Origin: the human T2T-CHM13v2.0 reference genome, Homo sapiens | Assembly (NCBI RefSeq): GCF_009914755.1 | Contig: NC_060926.1 | Reading direction: 5' to 3' (one strand) | Length of the DNA: 64,000 bases | Shown: piece after piece, positions 44,023-60,680 of the stretch | How the letters are laid out: every line of letters begins with the position of its first letter | Position numbering within the stretch: position 1 is the first letter of the stretch | The notes under the pieces: generated by a model | Databases searched by the model: none | The model's input: only the letters and a program-made list of their open reading frames with translations | What the model was told of the DNA's origin: nothing | Translations under genes and position numbers: made by a program

Positions 44023-45839
44023 AAAACAAGTAATTGTATTTTTATTCCAGGAGATATTTGTAAAAAAAGTTTAAAAAGAAAAGAAATGAAGAAAAATTTA
44101 AAAGAAAAAATTCTGAGAACAAAAACTAGGAGAAAAAAATAAATTGAATATAGGGGAAGGTGGGAGAGCTATATAATACGTTGTCCCTTTCATTTTTTTA
44201 ATTCCTTTTAATTTCTTTTTTGCTCACTTTATTCAACATTTCTTCTTCTCTTAGTGATTTTTCTCCCTTATTATCCCCTTTATTTTCTCTCCTGATCCCT
44301 ATGGTTTTTATTCTTCCTGTTTTTACTATCTTGTCCTCCTTTTCTTCTTACTACCATTTATTTTTCACAAAAATGACTTACTCATAATCTCTAAGGTCTT
44401 CTGAAAAAAAAAAAGGAAGAAAACAAATTTACCTTTGTTGTCATATTTATGGAAGCCACTCTTAGAGTTAGATTTCCAAGTCAGTGGAAGGACAGGCTGC
44501 CTTTGAGAACAGACCTACAGAAAGTACCCAGTGTGCATTGCTAGCCCTCTAGGCATGATAGGCGGTGCCTAAAAAAAAACAACGCGAATATGAACTCCGA
44601 AGCATTCTGTCTATTCTTCCGTTTAAATAGGAAGACGCTACTTCTTTCATAAAAATAATCCTCAAGTACCTCTAAACTGAGACATGGAAGCTGATAGCCA
44701 AAGAATCCTTTAATTTTCTGTGTACATTTTTAAAAGACGAAAACATCACAAGTGTAATCACACTGTCGTGCATAAGAATCGTTAGCTAGTATAACCTATC
44801 TGTCCAGGAAGCAGCAGGGGCTTGTCTGGAGTGAAAGAATGTCTTTTTTCCCCCTATAAATTGTACTGTATGCAAATACAATGAATAGAAAAGAAAAATT
44901 GCATTTGATTTTCCTGCTGTAGGTTGATGTATCACTTAGTAATTCATTTGTAGCTGTACCTCCTTTCTATTCTGAGTCACTGTATAGTCATCTTAAATCT
45001 GTAAACCTAAATAAATTTAGGTTAGTTTGCACAGAGGATGATGTGTACATGTGCATGTGTGTGTTCTTGACAGCTCTAAATTATTCTTTACACATTTTAT
45101 TTACTGGGTTTCTAACATATGTCTACACAACCAGGGAAAAATGTTAGTTGACCTATGTTTGAGACTATACTTGATAAACTCTAAGAACTCCCATTAACCT
45201 AAACTGGTTAGATAATAAGAGAGATACTCCAGAACATTTATTTCATTTTATAGATGATAAAATGGAGACACACAGAGAAGTTACTTGCTCAAGGCCACAT
45301 ATTATGTGACAAAAAATTTTATGTATCTTAGTATTTCTATCACACGTTCTACAATTTTCACTCAGTGTATCAAAGGTAAATGTACAGTCCGCAATAAATT
45401 ATTGTGTGTTGTCTACGATAGGTTGGTACAAAAATTCATGCTCTGATTGTAGATGGTCATTATTTTTCTCAAATAGAGTTTCCTACATATTACCTTAGAA
45501 AATAAAGTACAATAATAGCTCTTTTCATTTAACTAAAATGACATTTTAATTTAGTAAAGCAGAATACAGATACATTTTTTACTAACTTTATCATTCCATT
45601 CTATTATGTTGCAAGTTGCTTTTATTCTTCCTTCAAAACTTTCTTTTCCATTGTTTTATTTCAAAACATATTTATTTGTTCCTGAACATAAAATAAATAG
45701 AAGTTCACTATGGAAAGTTTAAAAATAGACAAAGAGAGCACAAAATATTCATAACAAATAGCTGATGTCTTTTAGTATGTCTTATTTCTGTTAGCATATA
45801 ATAGTTACATTTCAGAAAAGAAAACTAATAATTTTGTTG

Positions 45840-45903
45840 TCTGAAATGTAACTATTATATACTAAGGATCCATAAGGATCAGAGTTCACAGACTAAGTCT
45901 GAA
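45840..45903 (+). repeat. Probable donor of the 64-bp duplication, bounded by a 10-bp direct repeat gtctgaaatg
   Basis: gtctgaaatg at 45839-45848 and 45897-45906. Confidence 0.9.
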
Positions 45904-46275
45904 ATGGCACCTCCAATTACATGGATACAAATTTATATTTGTGTACAAAATATGTAATGAGGCACAGGATTTTTTTTTCATCTCTACAAATCTATCGAGT
46001 GACAATAAGAGCTGTAATATCTTCAATTAATCTCACATTTTAATAAAAATTTACACCTGAAAGTTGGTAATATATAAGTTATCAATCTATAAAATACTAT
46101 ATAACATTTTAATTGCTTATCCCAAAATATCAATATAATTTTCTTTGACTTAGTATTTAAAATTCTAAAAGGAATACTTTATTGAAAGAAGCAGATTATC
46201 AACCTTGTAAGAAAGAATTTCTGTATTATATTAGGAAATATTTTTTATGAAAATGTGTTTTTAACACACTAGTCC

Positions 46276-46546
46276 TTTTTTTTATTTTATTATTATTATA
46301 CTTTAAGTTTTCGCGTACATGTGCACAACGTGCAGGCTCGTTACATATGTATACACGTGCCACGTTGGTGTGCTGCACCCATTAACTCATCATTTACATT
46401 AGGTATATCTCCTAATGCTATCCCTCCCACCTCCCCCCACCCCACAACAGGCCCCGGTGTGTGATGTTCCCCTTCCTATGTCCATGTGTTCTCATTGTTC
46501 AATTCCCACCTATCATTCTCAGCAAACTATCGCAAGGACAAAAAAC
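46276..46546 (-). mobile_element. L1PA4/5 3' end with a 35-bp inverted segment (46512-46546)
   Basis: Antisense 3' UTR followed by sense atcattctcagcaaactatcgcaaggacaaaaaac; TSD ctagtccttt / ctagttcttt. Confidence 0.92.
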
Positions 46547-46619
46547 TCTCTAGTTCTTTGTCATTTTTTATTGTATATTTTTAATCACATCACTACTATT
46601 GCTAGGCTCTTACATGCAT

Positions 46620-46810
46620 ATATTGTTTCAATATTAATGACAGCAACACATGCACACCTACCATTAGGTGCAAAGCACCACTTTCAGAACTCTACATTAA
46701 TTTATTTAATCCTCATAACAATTAAGAAACTGATGCACAGACATATTAAATGAATTGACAATGGAAGACCTAAAACCTGAAAGCTGAGTTCCAGATCTCT
46801 GCTATAAATC
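46620..46810 (-). mobile_element. MIR
   Basis: atttaatcctcataacaa...aagaaactgatgcacagac. Confidence 0.65.
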
Positions 46811-46932
46811 TGGATATAATCTAAATGTACAGCCTCTCTCATGCTAATGCAAAAAATAGCATATTTATCTCCTTATACATGGCATATTATTATGTGTATG
46901 ACATATATATGTGCACACACATACATGTGGAG

Positions 46933-46980
46933 ATATATATATATATATATGGAGAGAGAGAGAGAGAGAAAGAGAGAGAG
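46933..46980. repeat. (TA)n(GA)n microsatellite
   Basis: Direct reading. Confidence 0.95.
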
Positions 46981-47139
46981 TTATTCCTAGTAAGTTTGAC
47001 ATGCATTCTCACCACTTAAACTCAGAAGTCTTCCTAAAATAGGGGAGGTAAATGTGTGAGATGCATTTGTAACCTGCTTGTCCCATGTGTTTTTCTTGTT
47101 TTTGTTTTTGATTTTGTGGGTTTTTTTTTGTTTTGTTTT

Positions 47140-48010
47140 TTGTTTTGCCTGATGCTTACTTCAACCTTCCACTTTTCCAGGTCAAAAATGTTTGGAATTA
47201 TCTTCAGCTTCTCTCTTCCTTTACCAATCCTTATTGAATTCTCCAATAAATACTGCCTATCCATTTCCTGTCCAAACAGTGGTAGCACCTCATGAGCTAC
47301 CTTTTTTGGTCCATCATCTTTCTCCTGAATTATAACCTAACTGATCTCCCTGTGTCTATATTTGCCCACCTTCAACTGTCCTCCACACAAGTTCCAGGGC
47401 AATACTATTAAGATGTAAGGATACAACAGTCTTGGTGTTTTCTTGCTCAAATTCATCTGATACCTCTTGTAGTGAAATGGCATTCGTATGCCCTAAAAGT
47501 TCCTATTTATTGTGGACTCCGGCTTTCTCCTCAACTTCAGGGCCTTCCATTCTCACCTCTGCTCTTACTCTGTTGCAGGCAAACTTCTGTGCTTATTTCA
47601 GAAGATGTCAGAAGATGCCTTTGCCATTCCTTAGACCTGGGGTGCTTTTCCCAAGTTATCCATTTGACTCTTTCCCTCACTTCCTTCAGGTATTTATTCG
47701 AACATGTTAACTACTTAGTGAGAACTTCCCAGACCACTCTGTCCAACAGTTTTACTATCTCCCCTTATATAAACTCTCAATATCATACTTATTAACAAAT
47801 TTCTCAGCTTCAGGTTTTATCTTAGAACTCATGGCTACCTAGCATACTACAGATTTAATTTAGTCATATTGTTTATTATCTTTCTCCTTCATTTGGAATG
47901 TGTTCTTCAGGAAATTAAGGGTTAGCTTCTGTTTCATTCACTTCTATATCCCTACCAAGAATAGAGCTGGAGCCTACTAGGTACCCAATAAATGTCTATT
48001 GAATGAATGT
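47140..48010 (+). mobile_element. L2 (L2a-like) 3' region
   Basis: ctgatctccctg...gtctccacaca-like blocks; ends caataaatgtctattgaatgaatg. Confidence 0.7.
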
Positions 48011-50559
48011 AAATAGGACACCTAAAAGTCATGTGTCCTTAAATAAGGGTGTATAATAAAGTGCAATTCACATTTACAAGTAAAGAAATTAAACTTGGCT
48101 GCAGATGTCGGCTCTTTATATATTGCTGCCTTTATTAATAACAAGTATTTGAATCAAGTCCTGATTTTCATACATATTTTAATACCCTCAAGTTTATAAA
48201 TGTATTGTCATATGTCTAAATTATTATTTTTTAAAAATTATAATTATGGGGTGAAATTAACCTGACATAAAATTATAAACATTTTAAAGTGAACATTTTA
48301 GTGGCATTTATGATATTCATGTTGTACAACTGCCAGCTCTATCTAGCTCCAAAGTATTTCCATCACCATGAATTCAAAGTAAAACTCCTAGCCTGTTAAG
48401 CAACTTCTGCCCATTGCTCCTCTGCTGAGTCTCTGGTGACACCAACCTGCATTCTGTCTTTTCCTGATATTTTATAAATTATTTTATATATGATTTTTCC
48501 TTATATTTTTTCCAAGTGGAATTCTATGTGATTTTTTTGCATCTGGTTCTTTTACATGATACAATGTTTTAGAGGTACATCTACATTGTAACACATATCA
48601 GTCCTTAATTTTCATTGCTGAATAATATTCCACTTTATCTATATGCACCAATTTGTTTATCCATTCATCTGTTGATGGGACATTTGGACTTTTTGTACAT
48701 CTTGGCTATTGTGAAGAGTGCTGCTCTGAGCAATCGTGTACATGTACTTGTTTGAATGTCTGTTTTCGATTTGGGCAGGAATATATCTAGGAATGCAATT
48801 GAGGCATTGTAGGATAATTTTTGCTTAAGATTTTGGCAGGAATATACTAGGAATGCAATTGAGACATTGTAGGATAATTGTATGCTTAAGTTTTTGAAGG
48901 ATTGCCAAACTCTTTTCCACAGCAGCCGAACCATTTCACATTTCCACCAGCAATATAGGTTGGTTCTAATTTAATAATTTAAACACATATTCTATAACAC
49001 TGGTTGTTTTTCTGTTTTTTTAAAAAAATAGCTATCCTAGTAGTGTGATGTGTATCTAGTGATTTTGATTTGTATTTTCCTAGTGACTAATGATTTTAAG
49101 AGATTTTTGTTTAAGCTCTTATATTTTAGTTGTTGACCCACTTGAGTTATTTTTTGTATATGGTATGAGGTCCAAATTTATTATTCTGTGTGTAGGTATT
49201 CAGTTGTTCAAGCACCATTCTTCCTTTTGTTTACTTTTCTTTTTGCTGATCAAATTATCTTGGTAACCTTACTGAAAAGCAGATAGTCATGCATGTATGG
49301 GCTTATTTCTGGACTCTCAGATTTGTTCCATTAGTGTGTATGTCTAGCCTAGCATAACCTAGTATGTCTAGCCTAACATAGTGTGTATATTAATAGTAAC
49401 ATGCTGTTTTGATTACTATAGCTTAGTATTAAGTTTTAAAAATGTAAAGTGTAAATCCTCTGATGTCGTTATTCTTTCACAAGATTGTTTTAGAAGTTTG
49501 GGGCTTCTTGCAATTTTATATAAATTTGCAGATGAGCTTTTTAATTTTTCCAAAGAAGTCCATTTAGATTTTGAGTGATGGCATTAAATGTCTACATTGC
49601 TTTGCATAGTATTGACATCTTGAAAATATTAAGTCTTCCAATTAATGAAGAAATGATGAACTGCAATGAAAAATACAACTGATTTTTGCATGATGAATTT
49701 GTATCCTGCAAATATGCAAACATTATTATTTGCATTAGTAGCAGTTTTCTGCAAATGACTTTGAATTTTCTAAATGTAGTATCATGCCATCTATTAGTAG
49801 AAATAATTGTACATCTTCTTTTCCAATGTGGGTGCCTTCAATTTATTCTTCATGCCTAATTTCTCTAGTTAGAAATTCCAGTACAATGATAAATATTGGT
49901 TGTCAAAGCAAGCATCCTTGTCTTGATCCGATTCTTTGAGGGAAATATTTCAGTCTTTCACCAGTGAGTACGATGTCAGCTGTGAGTTTTTCATAAACGC
50001 ACTTGATTGTGTTGGTAATGTTTCTTTCTAGCCTTAGTTTCTTTAGTAGGGTTTCATTAGGAAAGAGTGTTGGGTTTCATCAAAGGTTATTTCTGTATAT
50101 ATTGAGATAATTGTGTTTTATTTTTCCTTTGTTTAATCATGTAGCATATTACATTAGTTGATTTTCTTGTACTGGACCACCTTTATATACCCTGTATATA
50201 TTAATATTTCACTTGTTCTAAGTATACAATTATTTTACGATGTTATTGTATTCTGTTTGCTACTATTGAGGATTTGTATCTATGTTTGTATCTGCATTAT
50301 ATTTTCTTGTGATGTCTTTATCTGTGTTTTATAGCAGGGTAACACTAACTTGATAGAATAAGTTAAAAAGTATTTCCTATTCTACTTTTTGGAGAATTTT
50401 GATAAGGTTTAGTGTTGATTATTCATTTAATATTTAATGGAATTCATCAGTGAAGACATTTGCCCTGGGCATTTCTTTTCTGAGAGGAATTTTTCTTGTG
50501 CTATTATTATCTTATTTCATTTTTGATTCAGTCTTTTTACTTTTTATAAGTATGTTTCA

Positions 50560-52513
<1,954 letters not shown>

Positions 52514-54582
52514 TTTCAGCTTTCTATGACTTCTTTAGTTTTTATAAGTTTTGTGTTTCTAAAAATTGTTCTATTCCTGAAAGGTTATCTAATTTGTTGG
52601 CATTTAATTTTTCATAGCATTTTCAATAATCTATCTTTCTTTATGTAAAGTCAACAGTAATGTCCTTACTTTTGTTTCTAATTTTATTTATTGTTATCAT
52701 TTCTATTTTTTTCTATGAGTTCTAACTGAAGATTTGTCAATTTTGTTGATCTTTTCAAAGAATCAACTTTTGATTTTATTAATTCATCTGTATTGATTAT
52801 CTAATCTCTACTTCATTTATTTCCATTCTAATCCCTATTTTTCTCTTTCTTTTGCTAGCTTTGGAATTAATTTGCTTTTCTTTTCATACTTCCTTGAGGT
52901 TTAAAGTTGCATTATTGATTTGAAATCTTTACTTTAAAAAAATGTACATTGTTGCTGCTATAAATTTTCCTCTGAGCACTGCCTTCACTGTGTCTTTCCA
53001 TTTTCATTTATCTCTAAGTATAATATTTTCTATGTTATCTTTTGTTTTCTTCTTTGATCTCTTGGGTGATTGAAAGTGTGTTGTTTAAATTCCACATATT
53101 TGTACATTTTCCAGTTTTCCTTTTGTCATTTACATCTAGGTTTATTTCATTGCAGTTGGAAAAGATGTTCTGTATGATTTTTAAAAATTTGTTAAACCTG
53201 GTTCGTGGCCTAGTAATTGGTCCATCATAGAGAATGTTCCTTGTTCACTTAATTATGATGTGGATTCTTCTCTTATTAGGTGAATTGTTTTGTTGGTAGG
53301 GTCTAGTTTATAGTATTTTTATAGGTTTATTGTTTTTATATAGTAGTATTTATAGTTTTATAGTATTATTTAAGTCCTCTCTTAAAAAAATTGATCCTAT
53401 TTCAAGATATATTACTCATTATTAAAAGCAGAGATAGACAGGGCGAGGGGAAATGTAAATGCAACGAAGATATTCCAATGTTTTAAAATTGCCTTTTCTT
53501 GATTCAGTGTTTGGTTGCTGTGAAATTTTGCCCATTTTTTAGAGTTCTGAAAAAGTTGATTCTGTTCACTTTGCTTATTTATTATTACTGTTATTATTTT
53601 TGCTTTTTTCTGTGGAAGGATGGGCATTGGGAGCTGCCTACAACATCATTCTGTTGATGCTACTCTCTCTAAGCTATTTTTTAAAGCCTTCTGTTTTTTT
53701 TTTTTTTAATTCTTTTGGAGCAAGTGGCTTGATATGCTCATGTAGACAGTAAAAATTATCATTATCTCTGCCTTCATTGTTTTATGAATATGGTTATATA
53801 GGTGTGTATATACATATACATATATATACACATATATGATTTTTAAAGATATTTTATGTCAAAAGCAGAAGCCACCAAATTTGAATCAATCAAATTCACC
53901 ATGATGATTTTTAATGCTCACTGCATCTGTGTATTTTCATAGCAAAAGCAGTTTGCTTTATGTGAGAACAGATGTATCTGTGATTATTTGCCCTGCAATA
54001 CCCAAACATTGGAGTAAAGCAGAAATTTACTATTGCTGCTTGAGACTTCTGTTAAGTACACAATTATTGAACAATGAAGAACTCATTACCTCCTATATCT
54101 TTACAGTCAAGGAAATGAACAATTAAAATTGGTGGTGTGAAAACACATACAAATAAAATCACATACACATAAACACACATCACACTATTTTTAATTTTCT
54201 GAAACTAGAAAACATCTGCTCTCTTATTCGCTACTCTCCTGTAGATGAAAAATTTTATCCAAAACATGTTATTTTTGTGATACCTCTTAACTTTTTGACA
54301 TTTGTTTCAATTATTAATTTTAATGTTTTATATTAAAAAGAGAAAAAACAATAATGAAGGAACATAAGCCATAAGGAAAAAGCTAGGTTCCTTCATGACT
54401 AGGTAAATCTTTGTCAGATTAATCTCTGTTTTGTTATCACCTCCTTGGTGATAATAAGACAATTTTTCATTAACAACTCCTCCATACAGGGCATTGATTT
54501 TTCATTAGCTGTATCCATTTTTTCGTAAATGGAGGATCCGCATGTTTACCATACTCTTCTCCAAATAATTTATTTTACTTTT

Positions 54583-54889
54583 TTGTTTTATTTTCTCTTT
54601 ACTGAGGAACAGAATTTTGTTCTGTCACCCAGACTAGAGTGCAGTGGTGCAATCATAGCTCACTGTATCCTTGAACTCCTGTGCTCCAGGGTTCCTCCTG
54701 CCTCAGCCTCCCTAGTACCGAGGACTAAAGGTGCTAACCACCATGTTCGGGTAACTTCTAACATTTTTTGTAAAGAAGGGGTCTCACTGCATTCCTCAGG
54801 CTAGCCTCAAACTCTTGGCCTCAAGCAATCCTCTCAATCCCATCCTTTCAAAGCACTGGGATTACAGGCATAAACCATCGTGCCTGGCC
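54583..54889 (-). mobile_element. AluJ
   Basis: atcatagctcactg, ttgaactcctg, ctcaagcaatcc diagnostics; 13-bp TSD ttattttactttt. Confidence 0.92.
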
Positions 54890-55434
54890 TTATTTTACTT
54901 TTAGTATATGAACTAAAATAAGAAGTGAGCCTTTTGATGCTCTGCAGAAATTCTACTGCTCTCTCTATAGTCATCAAAATCATATTCTTTTAGAAGAGTC
55001 TTTAGTTCCTTCTCCTCCTTTATCAAACCTTTATTTACTTCTGTTCATTTTTAGGTGAAGACCTTCCTCTTCCACTAAGACACTATAAACCATCATAAAA
55101 GAATGTCTACCTTGCCCACCCTTCACTTGCTAACTGATATTATTCAATTTGTTCTTGTTTCTGTATAGGAACCCTTCCTCAACCTAACCAAGGGTGGCCT
55201 CTTCATTTGTGCACTAGGTTCCTTTTCAGAAGGTCTTCTAATATTATCCCTCTAGTGAACCTCCCCTATTTCTTTTTTCTCTCTCCTTTTTTTCATTCAA
55301 AAAACCACAAACTTTCTACTTTGAGAAAGATTCAGAGAATGAAGGGAAGTGTCTTTATAATACTTCTAAAACTCCGAAGGTTTCATATGCTTGAGTTTTC
55401 CCTGAAATCTGGTTAGATATGATTATAATGAGTT

Positions 55435-55863
<429 letters not shown>

Positions 55864-56417
55864 TGAAAGTTGTTTTTATTTTAATTTTCTCTACTAAGTC
55901 ATATTCCTTCACTTATCTGCATTATTTGACAAGCCAATTGCTCTTTTTTTTTAAACTTTATTTTAAGTTCAGGGGTACAAATGCAGGTTTGTTTTATAGG
56001 TAATCTTGTGTCATGGCGGTGTGTTGTACAGATTATTTTATCACCTAGGTATTAAGCCTAGTCTCCATTGTTTACTTTACCTGATCCTTCCCCTTCTCCC
56101 TCCCTCTAGGCCCCAGTGTGTGTTGTTCCCCATTATGCATTCATTTGTTCTCATCATTTAGCTCCTACTTACAAGTGAGAACATGTGGAATTCCGTTTCC
56201 TGGTCTTGTGTTAGTTTGCTAAGGATAATGTCCTTCAGCTTCATCCATGTCCCCGAAAAGGATATGATCTCATTTTTTATGGCTGCATAGTATTCCATGG
56301 TGAATATGTACTACATGGTGGATATGTACTACATTTTTTTAATCTAGCATATTATTGATTTAGGTCAATTCCACATCTCTGTTATTGTTAATTGTGCTGC
56401 AATAAACATACTCATGA

Positions 56418-56889
<472 letters not shown>

Positions 56890-58037
56890 TAAACATTCCT
56901 TTCTCTCCACACCTCATTAGCATCTGTTATTTTTTGACTTTTTATTAATAGCCATTCTATGTGAGATGGTATCTCATTGTGATCGTGATTGTTGGCCGCA
57001 TGTATGTCTTCTTTCGAAAAGTGTCTGTTCATGTCCTTTGCCCACTGTTTTATGGGGTTGTTTAGTTTTTTCTTGTAAATAGATGCTGGATATTAGCAGC
57101 CCTTTGTCAGACGCATAGTGTGCAAAAATTTGTCTCCCATTCTGTAGGTTGTCTGTTACTCTGTTGATAGTTTCTTTTGCTGTGCAGAACCTCTTTAGTT
57201 TAATTAGATCCTGTTTGTCAATTTTTGCCTTTGTTGCAATTGCTTTTGACATCTTTATGCGTGTATCCTGAATGGCATTGTCTAGGCTGCCTTCCAGAGT
57301 TTTTATAGCATTGGGTTTTATATTTAAGTCTTTAATCCATCTTGAGTTAATTTTTTACTTGATGTAAGGAAAGTGTCCAGTTTTAATCTTCTGCATATGG
57401 CTAGCCAGTTATCCCAGCAACAATTGCTGAATAGGGAATCCTTTCTAATTGCTTTTTTTTTGTCAGGTTTGTTGAAGAGTAGATAGTTGTAGGAATGTAG
57501 TCTTATTTCTGGGTTCTCTATTCTGTTTCATTGGTCTATGTGTCTGTTTTTGTACCAGTACCATGCTGTTTTGGTTACTGTATCCCTGTTGCATAGTTTG
57601 AAGTCAGGTAGAGTGATGCCTCCAGCTTTTATTGTTTGTTTTGTTTTGTTTTCTGCTTAGTATTGCCTTGGCTATTCAGTCTCTTTCTTTTGGATCTGTA
57701 TGAATTTTAAAATAGTTTTCTCTAGATCTGTGAAGAATCTCAAAGATAGTTTAATAGGAATAGCATTGAATCTATACATTGCTTTGGGGAGTAAGGCCAT
57801 TTTAATGATACTGATTCTTCCTCTCCATGAACATGGAATGTTTTCTATTAAACAAGTGTCATCTCTCATTTCTTTAAGCAGTGGTTTGTAGTTCTCCTTG
57901 TAGAGATGTTCCATATCCCTAGTTAGCTATATTTCCTAGGTATTTTATTCTTTTTGTGGCTGCTCTGAATGGGAGTTCTTTGCTGATTTGGCTGTCAGCC
58001 TGATTTTTGTCAATGTACAGGAATGCTAGTAATTTTT

Positions 58038-59556
58038 TATTTTAATTTTTATTATTAGTTTTGGGGTACATGTGCAAGATGTCCAGGTTTGTTACATAGG
58101 TAAATGTGTGCCATGGTGGTTTGGTGCACCTGTCAACCCATCACCTAGGTATTAAGTCAGCATGCATTCACTATTTTTCCTAATGCTCTCCCTCGCACTA
58201 TCCAACCCCCAACAGGCTCCAGTGTGTGCTGTTTCCCTTCCTGAATTCGTGTGTTCTTATTGTTCAGCTCCCACTTATAAGTGAGAACAGGAGGTGTTTG
58301 GTTTTCTATTCCTGCATTACTTTGCTAAAGCTTCCAGCTTAATCCATGTCCCTGCAAAGGACATAATCTCATTCCTTTTTATTGCTACATAGTATTCCAT
58401 GGTGTATATGTATCACATTTTCTTTATCCAGTCTATCATTGATGGACATTTGGGTGGATTGTATGTTTTTTCTATTGTGAATAGTGGTGCAATAAACATA
58501 TGCATGCAAGTATCTTTGTAATAGAATGATTTATATTCCTTTGGGTATATACCCAGTAATGGGATCACTGGGTCAAATGGTAGTTCTAGTTCTAGATCTT
58601 TGAGGAATCACTGTCTTCCACAATAGTTGAACTAAATTTCATTCCCACCAACAGTGTATTTCTCCACAACCTCACCAGCCTCTGTTGTTTCTTGACTTTT
58701 TAATAATCACCATTCTGACTGGTATGAGATGGTATCTCATTGTGGTTTTGATTTGAATTTCTCTAATGATCAGTGATGTTGAGCTTTTTTCCATATGTTT
58801 GTTGGCTGCATGAATGTCTACTTTTGAGAAGTCTCTGTTCATGTCCTTTGCTCATTTTTAATGTTTTTTTCTTGTAAAGTTGTTTGAGTTCCTGGTAGAT
58901 TCTGGATATTAGACCTTCGTCAGAGAGATTGCAAAACTTTTCTCCCACTCTGTAGGTTATCTGTTTGCTCTGATGATAGTTTCTTTTGCTATGCAGAAGC
59001 TCTTTAGTTTAATTAAGTCCCATTTGTCAAGTTTTGCTTTTGTTGCAATTTCTTTTGGTGATTTTATAATTATGTTGTAAATGGTATTGCCTAGATTTTC
59101 TTCTAGGATTTTTATAGTTGTGGGTTTTACATTTAAATCTTTAATCTATGTTGAGTTAATTTTTGCATAAGGTGTGAGGAAGGGTTCCAGTTTCAATTTT
59201 CTGCATACTGATATCCTGTTCTCCCAGCACCATTGATGAAACAGGGAATCCTTTCCCCATTGCTTGTTTTTGTCAGGTTTGTCAAAGATCAGATGGTTGT
59301 CAATGTGCAGTCTTGTTTCTGAGTTCTCTATTCTCTTCCATTGGTGTATGTGTCTCTTTTTGCACCGGTACAATGCTGCTTTGGTTATTGTAGCCTTATA
59401 GTATAGCTTGAAGTCTGGTAGCATGATGCCTCCATCTTTGTTCTTTTTGCTAAGTATTGTTTTGGCTATATGAGCTCTTTTTTGGTTACATATGAATTTT
59501 AAAATAGTTTTTTTTCTAATTTTGTGAAAAATCTCAATGGTAGTTTAATGGGAATA
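58038..59556 (-). mobile_element. L1PA10/11-like, nested
   Basis: ggtattaagtcagcatgcattcactatttttcc; TSD taattttt (58030-58037, 59555-59562). Confidence 0.88.
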
Positions 59557-60169
59557 ATTTTTGCACGGTGACTTTTTATTCTGAGACTTTGCTAAAGTTT
59601 ATGTCAACTTAAGAAGCTTTGGGGCTGAGACAATGGGGTTTTCTAGATATAAGATTACATCATCTTCAAACAGGGACAGTTTGACTTTCTGTCTTCCTGT
59701 TTGGATGCCCTTTATTTCTTTCTCTTGACTGATTGCCCTGACCAGGACTTCCAATACTATGTTGAATAGGAGTGGTGAGAGAGGGCATCCTTGTCTTGTG
59801 CTGGTTTTCAAGGGGAATGCCTCCAGCTTTCAGCCACTCATTATGATGTTTAGCTTGGCTTTTGGACTCTACCAACTCACCCATCCTCTTATCAATCTGA
59901 TGACCTTTTGTCGTACTAACTGATAAGCAATGACTGATGTTCCTAAATTTTAACATTGTGGTGCACAAGATTTGTCTTTACGCCCTGCTTCTTAACTATC
60001 TATATATCATTTTGGGGATTTCATACAGTCTTCATATCTCATATACAGCTCCTTGTTTTAAATCCGTTGCAGACCTTCTCTAAAACTCTAGAACCATACA
60101 CACAACTGGCTATTTATCTCTCCACTTGAAAGTTTATTAATTACCTCAAAAATAATGTTAAATTTTTAT

Positions 60170-60680
60170 TTGATTAAAAGGTAAATAGCTAAATGTATAT
60201 AAAATACAATTGTATAGTTCAATAAATTTCTAAAAGCACAATTGTTTATTAGCATCACAGTGACCCACCATTTGTTCTTTGCTAATAAGTACCACCCCAC
60301 AAGTTATCAATCCAGTAAATCTTATATAAATGAAATCATACAGTATATATTCTTTTGTGTCTGTTTTGTCATAATATTATTTGTGCAATGCATTCATAAT
60401 GTTGTAAATGGTCACATTGCTGTATAATATTTTATTGCACAAATATAATTTATTACTGATTATTATTTAGTCTGCTTCTAGGTTTTTGGTGTTATAAATA
60501 GTGCTGCTGTGAAATTTCTTGTACATGTTTTTAGAGAAATTTATATACCCCCTCTTTGGCAAAGATCTCAGAGTAGAATTCTTGGGTATGTGTATATGTT
60601 ATTTTATTGTAGTAGATTCAGCTAGACAGTTTTTCAATGTGGCAACAATTTATACTCTCATCATAAATTTATGAGAGTAA
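60170..60680 (-). mobile_element. L1ME 3' fragment inside L2 remnants (59950-61160)
   Basis: ttatataaatgaaatcatacagtat...tgctgctgtgaaatttcttgtacatg. Confidence 0.65.
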
